A stretch of 64,000 nucleotides of DNA from Vicugna vicugna. Its lineage: Eukaryota. A program made the position numbers and the translations under genes. Below, one piece after another: positions 1 through 14,212 of this stretch (position 1 is its first letter; each line of letters begins with the position of its first letter). The stretch lies in contig PNXW01001157.1 in NCBI GenBank assembly GCA_013265495.1, positions 1-64,000 of the forward strand, read 5' to 3'. The notes beneath the pieces are model-generated. The model was not told the origin of the DNA. It ran no database searches and was given only the letters and a program-made list of their open reading frames with translations.

Positions 1-633
1 AGATATTGAACATAGTTCCCTGTGCTATACAGAAGAAACTTTTTTGAAATTTATTTATATATATAGTGGCTAACATTTATAAATATCGAGCTGCCAAATT
101 TATCCCTTCCCACCCCACTTTCCTGGTAACCATAAAATTGTTAGGTTGTTTACTATGTCTGTGAATCTGTTTCTGTTTTGCAGATGAGTTCATAGTGGCT
201 TTTTTTTTTTTTTAAGATTCCACATATGAGTGATATCATATGGTATATTTTTTCTCTTTCTGGATTACTTCACTTAGAATGACACTCTCCAGGGCTATCC
301 ATGTTACTGCAAATGGCATTATTTTATTCTTTTTTATGGCTGAGTAGTATTCCATTGTTAAATATGTCATATCTTCTTTATCCAGTCATCTGCTGGTGGA
401 CATTTAGGTTGCTTCCATGTCTTGGCTATTGTATGTAGTGCTGCTGTGAACATTAGGAAGTATGTATCTTTTTGAATTAGAATTCCCTCCAGATATACAC
501 CCAGAAGTGGGATTGCTGGGTCATATGGTGAATCTACTTTTAGTTGTTCGAGGAATCTCCATACTATTTTCCATAACAGCTGCACCAAACTACATTCCCA
601 CCAGCAGTGTGGGAGGGTTCCCTTTTCTCCACA
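1..633 (-). mobile_element. LINE-1 3' fragment (ORF2 C-terminus plus 3' UTR), runs off window start
   Basis: Minus-strand translation [14 protein letters not shown]...YDPAIPLLG...WKQPKCP is the L1 ORF2 Cys-rich C-terminus, followed by a typical L1 3' UTR. Confidence 0.95.
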
Positions 634-3600
634 AATAAGTGCTTGGTCTGGTTTGAGGTGGTGATGAGTTTGATGCTGAAATTGCTGGTGGTATTTGAAT
701 AGATCCCAGGAGCTGACCAGTTTAATGGTGGGACCTGGCCTCAAGGTTTCCCTTGTCTTTAGGTTGATGATCTCTAGACTTTCTAGTGTCTGAAGCTCAT
801 TCTCTGTTCTCTGGGAAAAACTCATGGGAACAATACCCCACAAATTCTTGCATTTCATAACAGGTTGTCTGAAGTTATGCTTAAAGATCAGCTTGGCCTG
901 GATATAAAACTTGTGGATTCTATTTTTATTTCCTCAGCGTTTAAAATGTGTTACTTCACTGACTTCTAGCAGATTTTCTAACTTATAGTATTATTTTATA
1001 GTTTCTACATTGCTTATTTTCTTTAAGCTGATTTTGATATAGTAAATTACAGTTTTTATTTCCTTTGTAAGCATGACTTACTGGCTGTCTTTCATTTTTT
1101 GTAGGGGCATTAAAATTATTTTGTGTAATTTACAAATGAATATTTGGAGTCTATACAATGCTTTTATCTTGCTCATTTTTAAAATAAAATTAGTACATTA
1201 ATGTACTTTCAGAAGAAAGTGTTGGATCATGATTTCTTTCCTAGCTCATGACTCCAAAGTTTCCTTTTCACAAAATGGTGGAAATATGTAGCTTTTTATT
1301 TCCTGTGAGTTTCTTATTGTTTTATTTTGCTTACAGAGAGGCCAAGTATCTTTTTATAGGCTTTCCTCTTCTGTATTTCCTTAATATACATTGAAATTTA
1401 TAGTATTTATTATTGTCTAGTTGTGTTATAAATATGAGTAAAATGTGGATTTATTTGTTCTTTGTATTGATCTTTAAGTGCTTTTTCAACTATGTATAAA
1501 ATCCATACATTTCTTCATAAATTTGCTTCACCAAAATTTATATTATCACCAGAAAGGATGATCTTAACTTTTAAACTAAATTTATAACAACATTCATAAT
1601 AACTTTACACATTTAAACTAAAACATAATGAACTTATAACATCTGTAGTGTTATTCCATGATTTTGTTGAAAAAAATCCAATGAATTTTGGAAGTAACCT
1701 GTATTTTACTTGAAGCATTTAATAACACATATACAAACAGGGACATTAAGCTGTGAATTTATTTTAATATTAGATCCAACCTGTTAACAGCACTTGCTTA
1801 ACTTTTCAATTAAGAATAAGAAAACTTGAATTTGAAGATGAGTGAATTTACTTTAAAAGAACAGTAATTTGATCTAAATGAAAAGTCATGCTTCCCAGGG
1901 AAGGATGAAAATATACTTCCTGTGGCTTCTTTTTAAAATAAACTGTAGTCTTCAACATGGTCTTAAGGTAATTTCAATTTGGTTCTTTGGCAAATTTGTG
2001 TATTTTAATTTTCATGTAGTCATGATATTCTTAGACCTCTATAGTGACTAACAAGCCATAAACATTTTGTGGAAATTTTATGTCCATCAACATTTTGGGA
2101 TCCACAAATTCTATATTTAATATTTTATTAAGTATAAGCATTCATATTTTTAGCTCATTGTCATCAAAAGGGCTTATCTGCAAAAAATAAAAGTTATTAC
2201 ATCTGTCACACAATTATTTAAATAAATGCATTCCAACTAATATCTACGGAGTCCACAATAAAACCTACCTCTGTATCTTATAAATACATCCCATGATTCC
2301 CCACAATATCCAAGGACCACATCAACAATCCGCTTTGCACATCTTTCAGGCCAAGGCATGATCCACCAACCAGTGGTCTGGCAGTCTGATGTATCTTGTA
2401 AGGCAAAGCCTAAGGCGTGGCGAAGCTGGCTGGTGTATTAAGTGTCTTGCATCCAGAATCAAGTGCTTCTCTTACCACCTCTGGAGACTGGAAAGAGCCT
2501 TTAGTTACTCCTCTCAAAGCACACATATCAGTAAATACCCTGCACATTTTCCTAGAATATTAGTGACATTGTATCTGGGAAGAGTTGGGCAAAGCCGCTT
2601 TAACTCAGTTCCTTACACATGTGTCTCACACAACATTGGACAGACCATGGGAGACTCTCGAAGTACAAGAGATGTCACAACCCTACTTAATTTAATGCAA
2701 CTGTTGGAAATTATCAAAGAATGAAATAAGCAAGCAAATGATACTCCTAAGCCAGACAAAGCACCGGGACAGCAGGTGTTCACTGGGACATTGGTTCCTG
2801 AATGAATGTGTGGGGTCATCACATCACATCACATACCCAGTTCCTCTGTATGCATGTGGCCCTGTTTCTGGGCTCCCCACTTCCTTTTGGACTATCCCCT
2901 GAGCTCATCACCTGGACAAAACCTGTCACTATGCCTGTTCATCCAGGACAGGAAGTCCTGGGCTTCTGTCCTGATTCCTCTTGGGACTCTGGATTACCGA
3001 AATACATATCTTAGTTTTGAGGCCTGGTGAATTTTGGGTTTTCTCTTTTTATATTTTATCAATCACTACTATGTTTTGGGGACACAGGGCCTATGTCAAA
3101 GTACATTTATTTGCCATCTTGAGTAGAACTCTCAAAGATTATTTTTCAGTGAAAATTCTATAATGCCATATACAGAAAACATCTATTTCCTATGTTAATG
3201 TAACTTCATTAAGTAGAACTTCTTACCAAATTCTCATCTTTAGTTATCTCTAGAGGTTCTAACATCATTAAAAATGAAATGCAATTTAAACAAAATTACT
3301 GATTTGAAAGAATTATACTAAAATGGAAATAAATTTGAATTTGATATTTTCCATGAGTATATTTATGAAAAAGTTATTTAGAATAGCAATAATTCAGGTT
3401 GTAGTAAAGTTAAATTGTGAATTTTCTTACCAGCATATAATTGAAAACTTAATTTCTCCTCTTACTTCATATCAAGCATTTATTTCTTCTATGTTCATAT
3501 TAAGCATATTAAAATATGAAAATATTATGTGAGCTAATGAATCCAGAGTTACATGAACAAAGTAATAATTGGAAATCTAATTGTTAACAAATTGTATTTT

Positions 3601-5591
3601 ACTCTTGGCTATAATTTTTTGAAGTATTTTGTTGTGGAAAATTTCAGAACAGAGTGATTATGAGTTTGAACAATTTATGCCATACAAAGAAGAATATATT
3701 AGATAGTTTAAAAGAATAAAATCCACATTCACACTTTTCTCCTATTAATAATGGAAATATCAAACTTGCAAATAATCATTCACTATGTGAATTTTTGACA
3801 ATATTATATTTCTGATATATCTTGGAGCTATTAAAGCAAGCTATAGGTTTTGAAGGATTTGAAAGTATATCATTGGGTCACAGGATATCAGTTCAGTCTC
3901 TTATTTCATATAGTACAATAAAAAGAGAAATTATTATGATTGAATAATGGAATTTGGATATACTAAGAAGGCATTCTCAGTGAGGAACCTGTGAGAGAAA
4001 TGTCATGAATTGAAAATGCTCAGGTTAATGGCAGTAATTTTATTTTGAAAATGGTATTCTGGGTATGATGAGCAGTAGGAAGCTAGGAAATAGAGATAAG
4101 AGATAATTATGAATGACCTTGAATGTCAGACAAAGGGCTTTGACCTTTGTTCTGTGGCCCAATGGAAGGAATAGAGATTTTTAGTTAAGGGGCTATAATG
4201 ATCAGATTTGTGCTTCAAGGAGACAAATATGCTGGAAAAACAAGTTGAAAGACATGTAGAAAGCCACTATTCTTAAAGAAGTAATAAGTGTCGTGTTTGT
4301 GGAAATGAAGAAAAGGGAACAGATAGAAAAATATGGTGGAGTTAAAATGAGAAAGTGAATGAGAGGCTTCCTAATGGGAATGTTTGAAAAAAAAAAAGAT
4401 TGATTTTTGAACCCGGGTGATGGAAAAGTGATTGTGTTAACCAAACAAAATTCAGCAGCACATACAAATAAGGGTAATTAGAGTATGAAGATGATGTGTT
4501 CAGTGTTGAACATGTTTAATTTGCGGTATTGGCAGGACATGCAGGTGTTTGCCATTTGGAAATATGGCTGCATATTTGTTTCTTCAGATGAACACTTGCA
4601 GAAGCAACCTAAGGTGTCCCTTGAAATGCAGAAGAAAATCACATTAGCATCACTGGTGGGAAACCTAATCAAGATGTAATTTACAAAATATATATTTTGC
4701 AATGTCCTTTGCATTCTTCTCTCAATTCTAATACCAGAGACTCACTATAGATTCAACAAGCATATGGACAAGCTTGGTGGTCTCGTTAGCACTGAGCATA
4801 TGCACCACCATAGCCTGGTTTCATTGTCAGGCCTGGGGACTGTTTACATCCTGGACCTATCACAATGGGATATGGGAGATCCCCATGGATAAGGATGAAA
4901 GGATCAGTGGATCAAGGGATCAGGAAGCACATTTTTGATTGTTGAATGCTTTGGAAGTCATTTGTGTTCCCTCTTTTGGTATAGTGTTGGAAGAATCTGA
5001 TAAGAATAGAAGAAAGTTTGAAAAATGTTACACTGCTTAAATACAGCTAAGGTACCCTTGGCTGGGGAGATTGAAGCATGGAAGACATTTATGATTATCT
5101 CCAGACTCATGAAACTATAATTCTAAAAAATTTCCTTATTACATAACTATTTGAAACCTAGAGAAACCAATGGTGCGTGCTATACAGTCCTTAGTAAAAT
5201 GTGAAACTGCAATTATCATTATTAGAATTAAGCATTTCCTCAAAATAACTGTCGATGTCATTCATGTCTATTCATATAGGGTAATTGTTTAGTTGCCAAT
5301 GACAACTGGAAAAATGCCAATTTATTTTTAAGATTATGTGATTTAGATACATTTCTGCCTGATTGCAGGAGGATGTCAGAAGAGACTGTAGTTAGTCCTT
5401 TGTATTCTTTGGGTCTCTGTTCCATCCTGCTTTTTCTAGTCATTAGAATTCATTTTTAATGCTTGAGTGTGGCATCAATAAAGCTGATTGTAAGCCTCAT
5501 GCTCTGAAAAGCAGTTTTAAGTCAAGAGAAGGGAATGGCAGTCATTTATAAGGCCTCATGCTTTACCAAGTACTTTCTAGTATTATGAGAG

Positions 5592-6055
5592 TGTTATGGG
5601 TTGAATCGTGTCCCCCTGCAAAAGGATCTGTTGAAGTCTGAACCCGCAGGACCACAGAATGTGACCTTATTTGGAAATAGGGTTGTTGCAGACATAATCA
5701 GTTAAAATGAGGATACACTGGAGTAGGAAGGGCTTCTAATCCAATATGAGTGGTGTCCTTACAAGGAGAAGGCCATGTGAAGACAGAGACACCCAAGGAG
5801 ATGCCACGTGATGATGAAGATGGAGATGGCAGGTATGCAGCTGCAAGCAAAGGAATGCCAATGATCACTGGCAAACCACCAGCAGCTAGTACGAGGTGAG
5901 GAAAGACTCCTCTATAGGTTTCAGAGAGAGCGTGGCCCTGCTGACACCTTGATCTTGGACTTCTAGCCTCTGGAACTGTGAGATGATACATTCCTGTTGT
6001 TTTAAGCCAACTGGTTTGTGGTGCTTTGTTCTGGAAGCCTCAGGAAACTAATACA
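5592..6055 (+). mobile_element. MaLR solo LTR, MLT1 family
   Basis: Termini TGTTATGGGTTGAA...GGAAACTAATACA, typical GAATGTGACCTTATTTGGAAATAGGGT core, 5-bp TSD GAGAG at 5587-5591 and 6056-6060. Confidence 0.92.
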
Positions 6056-8164
6056 GAGAGTAAAATACATTGTAGGGTACATCACACTCTTGTTTTTAGT
6101 ACCTTAATTGTCTCTATTTCATCTTCATGGAAGTGACAGCTGCTTACGGGTGGTCACAAACTTGTTTGTTCAGAATTCCCCGTATATGAGGAAACTGACT
6201 CAAATACCAAGTTAGAATTCTAATAATGCCCCTTGAAATTTATTTCCAGATATTTCTTGTCAGCTCCACCTTCTATTTGTTTTTAAAAGGTGCACCTACC
6301 ATTAAGAACTACATACCAAGTTATGATTTCTATGAATCATTTAATGCCATTGGAGACTTAGCCCAAGGAGGTGGCATATCAAATTTACTTTTGGTTTAAG
6401 CAGCTCATTGATAGTTTTTGAAAGGAATGGCTACATGAAGTTTTCTGGAATAATGAGAATCCATCATATATTATGAAAAATGACATATTTATAACACTGC
6501 ATATTCATTAGTTATTATGTAAAGTCTTTTAACCTGAAAAATCTGATCATTAATTATTCTTTGCTTGAATTTTGGGATATATTAATTAATTTTTATTTCC
6601 TTGAGCTTTGCAAGTTCAAGTATTTTTTTTTTGAAATTTTTAGGGGGTGAGATATTCTTATTGACCATCACACTATCCATTGAACATTTCCCTTGCATTT
6701 AATTTTATAAAAGTATATAAATATAAACCTTAATTTCACATATTTCTTATTGGGGATAGATGTAGTAAAGACTCACCAATAATCAACAACTAGTTAGTAA
6801 GCAATAAATATAGTTTATCCTTTTAACAACTTTTAACACCAGTTAGAACTGTTTTATGCAAGAGATTTCTATTTCCCTGTAACTGTTTTCCTATTCAGTG
6901 GCAGCTTTAGAAGAAAAGTAACTGTCTACTTCAAGATTTTCTGTAAGTAAACTGGAAATTTCTTACATCCTTATTCCACTGAAAATGTGCTCTTGCTTAC
7001 AATTATTTCAAACAGATATTTAATGTTATTACAGAGATGATAAAAAGCTAATTCCTTCAATTCCTCTATCTTTTGTGGATGACAGCTTTTAAAGAATTTG
7101 GGGACTTCTAAAGTTGTAGAAACTATGACACTGTGTACTGTTAAGACTGGTGACCACTCCTCTGTAAGAAAGAAAATGTTAAATAATGGTTCCTTTACAC
7201 ATTGTGTGTGTGTGTGTTTATGAATATCTGAGGTGTACAGCTTCTTGCTCACACAAAAGTACTGAATGAGACATTCTTTTTTTTTAGAAAGGAAAGTACT
7301 AATGATTTTGATAAATTTTTAAGGTCAGTAATGTTCAGCATAGAGCAATATGTGGAGAACAATAGCTCCTTTGAGAGTGGAAAACATGGTACACTCACTA
7401 TCCAGAATCTTGGCTGGTCACCATAGTAACAATTTTATTTTCCAAGATGTGAGCCTTTATAGTTCTGTAGAATCCACTTCCTAGGCCTCCAGACACATCA
7501 GCAGCATCTAGTGGCTGAGACCTCAGCTGAAATTTTTGTGCTTGACTGCCTGCTGTGTTACGTTGAAAAACTGATGGCCTGTACATGTGTTTAAGGATGC
7601 CTGCCTTTTCCCCTCATCCTCAAGGGTGATTCTAATTTTTCAGAGAAATATTTGCAGATTGTCTATGAAAAAGGGTGACAATATCAGCAAAAAGAAAGCT
7701 GTTTTACTAGTACTCATTTTAGAAAGAATTTTGTGAGGGAATTGGGGAGGTTAGGGGCACGTGTGTTCTCCAAATATAGAGGAAAATGGAAAGGGGCAGT
7801 TTCCAGATGAAATGGTTGCTCAGAGAATGTATAGGACTACTTTCTGGAATCCCTAGGGGATAGATTTGTTACAGATTCAGAGAGATTGCCAAGGAATTCT
7901 GAGAGTAATTAAAGCCTGTTTACCCACTTTCATTCTCTGATCACGTACCTGTCCTTTAATATGCAATTTTCAGAAACTTACATAATAGTGGTTATTATAT
8001 ATTTCAGGTAGCTACCAAGATCTAACTTAATCTGGAGAGAAAATGGGGCAATTCAGAAATTCTATGGCATCTCCAGAGAGGCAGCATGGGATTTTGGAAA
8101 AGGCACAGACACGGGATTGAGACCCAAGTGTGGTTCTGCTTCTGCCACTATAACAAAAGCTATA

Positions 8165-8510
8165 GCTGTGGTTCTCAATTTGGGCCACAGATTCAGAGAA
8201 GCAGGCAGTCAGTTCCCAGACTCCATTTCAGACCAGTTGAGACAGAATCTTTGGGACTAGAGCCTGACCACAACCTGAAAAAGAAATTAGAGTCTCCTGA
8301 AGAGCTCTGGAACAACTTACTGTCACTGGTCTGACTGGAAACCTGTTCCTCATATTGTGGGTCACTGACCACCAGCATCACCTGGGAACTTGTTAGAAAT
8401 GAATACACACTGAACTTGGAGAAGTCATGAAAACCCATAGAGATTCTAATTCAGAAATTCTGAAGTGAGCCTGGAAATCTGTGTTTTTTGAAAACGTAGA
8501 TGTTTCCAGG
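8165..8510. mobile_element. MER5-like hAT-Charlie DNA transposon remnants
   Basis: CAGCATCACCTGGGAACTTGTTAGAAATG motif and CTGTGGTTCTCAA terminus; boundaries approximate. Confidence 0.6.
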
Positions 8511-10530
8511 GTGCTTAGCTTCCTGTTGCATCTGAGGCTCTTACCCACTCGGAAGTTATTGGGAGAATTAAATAGGAAACTTAGGTAGACTGTTACTCAT
8601 TTATTCATGAAGTTAGCCAACATTTCCTGAGGACCTCGTGTGTTCCAAGTCCTCTAACAGGGATGCACGAGGGAGGTGATGTGGGTGACACAGATGGCTG
8701 AAATCAGCTTGGAAATAAATGCTTTTCTAAAATTACTAATTTGCTTATCTTAGGCATCTCACAGAGATGTTAACATAAAAGAACTTCAGAGAAATGATTT
8801 TTAAATTCATGAGAGTTAAGTATTTAAATTCATAACAGTAGCCAGATCTTTATTTATCTAAATGGATCTTTTTTAAAGAATATATTTCCTGCCTTTAAGA
8901 CATGTAGATGTTTATGTGGATACTTAAAGCATATTTAAATAGTAACCAAAGGAAAATACTAGAATAAAATTACATAGATGACTATTTATCTTTTTTTTTT
9001 TTTAGGAATGATGGACATTTTTGAGGAATGTGGTATTAGGTCAGATGTTTTGAAAACCGACACTGATAGGGAGAATTATGTGCAAGAAATTTATTGGGCA
9101 GCTCTCTTGGGAACAATAACCTATGAAGCAAGGAGGAAGGTAAGACTGAAGAGGGGGAGAAATCAAAATGAGGTGCATTGGTTTCAGATAGGACAGCCCT
9201 TCAGAGATGTCCCCCATGGAGGCCATGAGGCTAGAACTCTGGACCCTGCATCAACCAGTCCTGGTCATGAACTGCCTCCAAGAAGAGGGTGTGAACTTTT
9301 GTAAAGCAGCTCCCTTTGGTGACAGGTAACCCCTAAGGATGTTGTCATCTTGGAGGCACCATCAGCCTCAAGGTGCTGGAGCAAATGAGTTCAGTTCTGC
9401 AGGGTGGAGTCTGAATAGCAACTCACACTTTTTAGAAAAGCACTGGTCTACTTAAGCATCCTCAGTGGTTCCCTCAACCTAACTTTCCGGCCGTCCCTCA
9501 CACAGACCCGTCTTGCACATCAAGGCTTATCCTGTGGCACTCTCATTCAACTCTCTTCCCCCCACTACCTCGGCACACTGACGTCTTCCTGGAACACGCC
9601 TCACATCTCTCATGCTAAGCTTTTTCCACCTGCCTGTACTCTCCTGGCCCATTTCCTTCACTATTCGTGGCCAACTCATCAGTTTGTGACTGATTGAAGT
9701 ACCATTTTTCTTATGAAAACATCTAAACTGGTCTTCTCAGACTTGAATGTGTTTATAAATCACAAGCTCTGGGCATCTGCTGAAATACAGATACTGCTTC
9801 ACTGGGTCTCAAGTGGAGTCTGAGTTTTTGCATCTCTAACAATGTGACCCTGCTGATGGTCACTGCAGAGACCTACCTTATTTCGTAGACCTTTTAGCTG
9901 TAGCATCTCTTATTGTATATAACTGATCCTTTCATAGAGAGCCGTTATTTTGCATTAATAGAAATTAAATCACAGGCTCCTTTACATTATAGTCATTGCA
10001 TCTGATATTTTAGTATATGTTTCACAGCACTTCACATAGTGCCGGTGTGTATTAGGGATTCTGTTTATATCTTTTGGTTGATTTTATAAGAGACAGCTAA
10101 TAAGTAATTAGTGATTCTTCAAGATGACCTCGTAAGTTTTCAGGGTTTTGCAGTGTTAAGACCACTGGATAAGAAGAGCTGTTAGCAGTGACCTTTTTTG
10201 AAGATCAGTGAAGCCGTCTTGATTCTGCTCCTCCTGACCCTCTATATCCCTATTGAGGACCTTTGGAATGCTCGGTTGTCTTGTTGAGCTGACCATATAT
10301 TGCATCAGGTCAGGGAAAATATGTCACGTCTCTACTAATGCTCAAAGGTGTAGAAAATAAAAGTAATTGTAACTAAGACTCAGATGTTTTTAACTTTCCA
10401 TATTATAACCCCTAGCTTCCAAAGAACTGTGAGATAATATATCCAAGGATGCCTGTTAATGGCACTTTCTTCTTCTTGTTGAGAAGGAAACACATTACTT
10501 CTGCAAAGCATCAACTGAAGAATGGTTTCA

Positions 10531-10789
10531 CTTATGGTTTCCAAAGGGGCGGGGGGTGGGAAGGGATAGACTGGGATTTCGAAGTTGTAGTAGCACAGGG
10601 ATATATATACAAGATCTTATGGTAGCTCACAGAGAAAAAAAATGTGACAAGGAATTTATGTATGTTTATGTATAACTGGAAAAATTGTGCTCTACACTGG
10701 AACTTGGCACAATAATGTAAAATGATTATAAATCAATAAAAAATGTTAAAAAAATAAATTCCTAGAGGAACTGTAAAAAAAAAAAAAGG
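10531..10789 (+). mobile_element. 5'-truncated lineage-specific L1 3' end
   Basis: G-rich L1 3' UTR tract, A tail, TSD GAATGGTTTCA at 10520-10530 and 10790-10800. Confidence 0.88.
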
Positions 10790-10989
10790 GAATGGTTTCA
10801 AGTCTATTTCTAAGCAATACTTGACACCAATATTTGATTTATCACCATAACCAAGTGGCTATTTTAATTTTCTTACTCTGAATAACTCCATCTCCTTATT
10901 TAAGTCCTTAATTACTATCCATATACACTTATTATTTAATTGCCTTACTCTTGGTAAAAATGCAGACCAGGAACTGTAGTCAAAAGCAT

Positions 10990-11775
10990 TTGGCAAGTCT
11001 ATTTTTAGTCTTTTGAGGAATCTCCCTACTGTTTCCCACAGTGGCTGCACCAAAATGCATTCCCACCAGCAGTGTAGGAGTGTTCCCTTTTCTCTGCAGC
11101 CTCTCCAGCATTTCTCCTTTGTGGAGTTTTGAATGACGGCCTTTCTGACAGGTGTGAGGTGATATACTTTGTTATAGTTTTGACTTGCATTTCTCTGGTA
11201 ATTAATGATACTGAAGATTTTTTCATATGCCAATTGATCATTTGTATGTCTTCACTGGAGAAAGCTGTGTTGTATGAGCTGTTTATATATTCTGGAAATT
11301 AACCCCTTGTCAGTGTCATCTTTTGTCAATATTTTCTCCCACCTCGTAGGTTGTCCTTTTGTGTTGCTTATGGTTTCCTTTGCTGTGCAGAAAGCTGATA
11401 AATTCAGTTTGGTCCCATATGTTTGTGTATTTGTGCCTTCATGTCTGTTTGCTGGGGTAGACTGCCCTGGGAGAACGTTGCTGATGTGTGTGTCAGATGT
11501 TTTGCCTATGTGTTCTTCTAAGAGGTGTGTAGTGTCTTGTCATGTTAAAGTTCTTAAGCGATTTTGAATTTATTTTTGTGTACGGTGTGAGGGAGTAGTC
11601 TAACTTCATTGATTTCCATGCAGCTGTCCAGTTTCCCCTGCATCATTTGCTGAAGAGACTGTCTTTCCTCCACTGTATGTTGTTCCTGCCTCCTTTGTTG
11701 AAGATTAATTGACCAGAAGTTTGTGGGTTTTCTCTCTGGACGCTATTCTGTTCTCTTGATCCATATGTCTGTTCC
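10990..11775 (-). mobile_element. LINE-1 ORF2 3' portion
   Basis: Translation YHLTPVR...[19 protein letters not shown]...[10 protein letters not shown]. Confidence 0.92.
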
Positions 11776-11784
11776 CCCCCAACT

Positions 11785-12178
11785 TTTCCAGTTTTATTAG
11801 ATAGAAATTATTACAGTTTGACAGCACATACATGTTATATTGTATGTAGATATGTATATACAGTATACTGCACTTTTTTTTTTAGTTTCCATAAATTTAC
11901 TACTTACCATTTCTAAGAAGAAATTAGGTTTTTAAACTTACATAGTTATCAATGGAATAAAGCCAACTACAAAATAAGAATCAACAGAATGCTGTAATAT
12001 GATCATAAAGGACAGTTAGATGTGCTTACACACATTGAAGAAATCGAAATGAAAATTAGTCCATTTGTGGCCTTATTATTATTTTTTTTTTTTTAGATTC
12101 CTCATATAACTAATGTCACACAGCATTTTTCTTTCTCTTTCCAGCCCACTTCACTTAGAATGACAATCTTCAGGTCCA
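11785..12178 (-). mobile_element. Short L1 3' fragment with atypical tail
   Basis: L1 3' UTR segment 12086-12178 joined to a ~290-bp tail that recurs at 17680-17985. Confidence 0.75.
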
Positions 12179-12379
12179 GGTTTTGTTTCAGTGAGGGCTT
12201 AGAGGCAAGACTGGACCCTGGGGTTGTTCCTAGGAAACGGGTGAGAACGGACATGCTCACTGGGGTTCGTGTTCACCATTGATTCACCTAGAACCTTTAG
12301 TACGTTAATTTCTCCATTGAGCTACCTTGACATCTTAGTATATCTCTGGAGTTTTTTTCTGTTATGCTGATGTACATAT

Positions 12380-14167
12380 CTTTTCTTTTACCAATACTGT
12401 ACTGTGTTTGTAGCTTTATAATAAGTCTTGAAATCAGACATACATGTCTTCCAACTTAGTTCTTTTTAAAAATTCTTTGGACTATCCTAAGTCTAGCCTT
12501 TAATTTCTTCCAGCAATGTTTTATATGCTTCAGAGTAGAGATCTTACACATATTCTGTAGAATTGATTCCTAAGTACTTAATATTTTGATGCCATTGTAA
12601 ATGATATTTTCAAAATTACAGCTTCCAACTGTTTATTTCTAGGATATGGAACTACAGTTGATTTTTATACATTGACCTCTCTTGCAGCTTTGCAAAACTC
12701 ACATTATTTCTAATACCTTTTTTTAGGGTTCTTAGAATTTTCTACTTTGATCATATCTGTGAATGAAGAAAGTTTTACCTCGTCCTTTTATTCATATATG
12801 AGTATGTGTGTATGTGTGTATATGTGTGCATATATGTTTGTGTGTGTGTATATATCTGTATATCTTTTATTTCTCTTTTTGCTTTATTTCACTAGATGCG
12901 TTCTCTAGTACATTCTGAATGGAAGTACTGTGAGATCCTTGCTATGTTCTCAATCTTAAGGGCAAACATTCACTCTTTCTCTGTTAAGTATGATGTTAGT
13001 TATAAGTTTTTTATGTGTGCCCTTTATTAGATTGAGGAAATTTCTCTTGATCCTAGTTTGTTAAATTTTTTTCTTTTTTGAAGTCATGATTATATATTGA
13101 ATTTTATCTCATGCTTTTTCCACATTTATTGATAGGATCCTATGGTTTTTCTTTTAATATGAAATGCATTGATTGATTTTCAGTGTCAAACTTACAATCT
13201 TGTGTTCTTAAAGTAAAATCTTTGTCTGGTTTTGGTATTAGAGTAGTGGTAGTCTCACAAAATGAGTTGGAAATTGTTCCCTTTTCTGCTTTCTGGTAGA
13301 ATTTGTATTACCTCTTTCTCAAATGTTTGGTAAAATTCAACAGTGACTCCTTCAGAGCCTTGAGTTTTCTTTGTGAAGTTTTAAACTACTAATTTAATTC
13401 ATTTGCTAGACAGAGTGCTGTTACTGGCTTTTCTTATTTTTTCTTGAGTGAGTTTTGATATTTTGGGTCTTTTCAGAAACTTGTCCATTTCATCTAAGTT
13501 GTCAAGGTTATGAGCATAAAGGTGTTTTATTATTCTCTTATTATCTTTTTAATATATGTATGGTCTGTAGTGTGTTTGTTTTTCTTCCTAATGTTTATAA
13601 TTTGTCTCATTTCTTTTTTTTTCTTTGTTAGTCTGCCTATAGCTATATGATGTTATTGATTTCTCAAAAAATTAACATTGGGTATCACTGATTTTTCTTT
13701 GTTGCTTTTATGTTTTTAGTTCCATAATTTCTGCTATTTATTGTTTCTTTCTGATTGTTGTGGGTTTAATTTGCTCTTCTGTTAACTTAAGATGGAAGCT
13801 AACATCACTTATTTGAGACTTTTCTTCTTCCCTTATATAAACATTAAAAAAGAATAAATTTCCTGCAGACAACTGTTTTAGCTACATCCAACAGTTTTTG
13901 TTTTTACATTCCACTCAAAATACTTTTTATTTTACCTTGTGATTTCTTCTTTGACCTGCACAGTTTATTTAGAAGTGAATTATTTAATTTCCAAGTATTT
14001 GGGGGATTTTCCAGTTATTATTCTATTATTATTTTAACCTAATCCTTTTGTGGTCAGAAAACCTACTTGGTATGATTTCAGTTCTTTTTAAATTTATTAA
14101 GAGTTGTTTTATGGCCTAGAATATGATCTATCTTGGTGAATGTTTGAAGTGTACTTGAAAAGAATGT

Positions 14168-14212
<45 letters not shown>

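Noticed and set aside
4589..5051. Exon-like AG...GT segments near 4589-4676 and 4985-5051
   Set aside because: No recognisable homology, and stops arise on joining
10144..10308. Possible decayed exon
   Set aside because: Stops in the frames examined, weak splice sites, no identifiable protein
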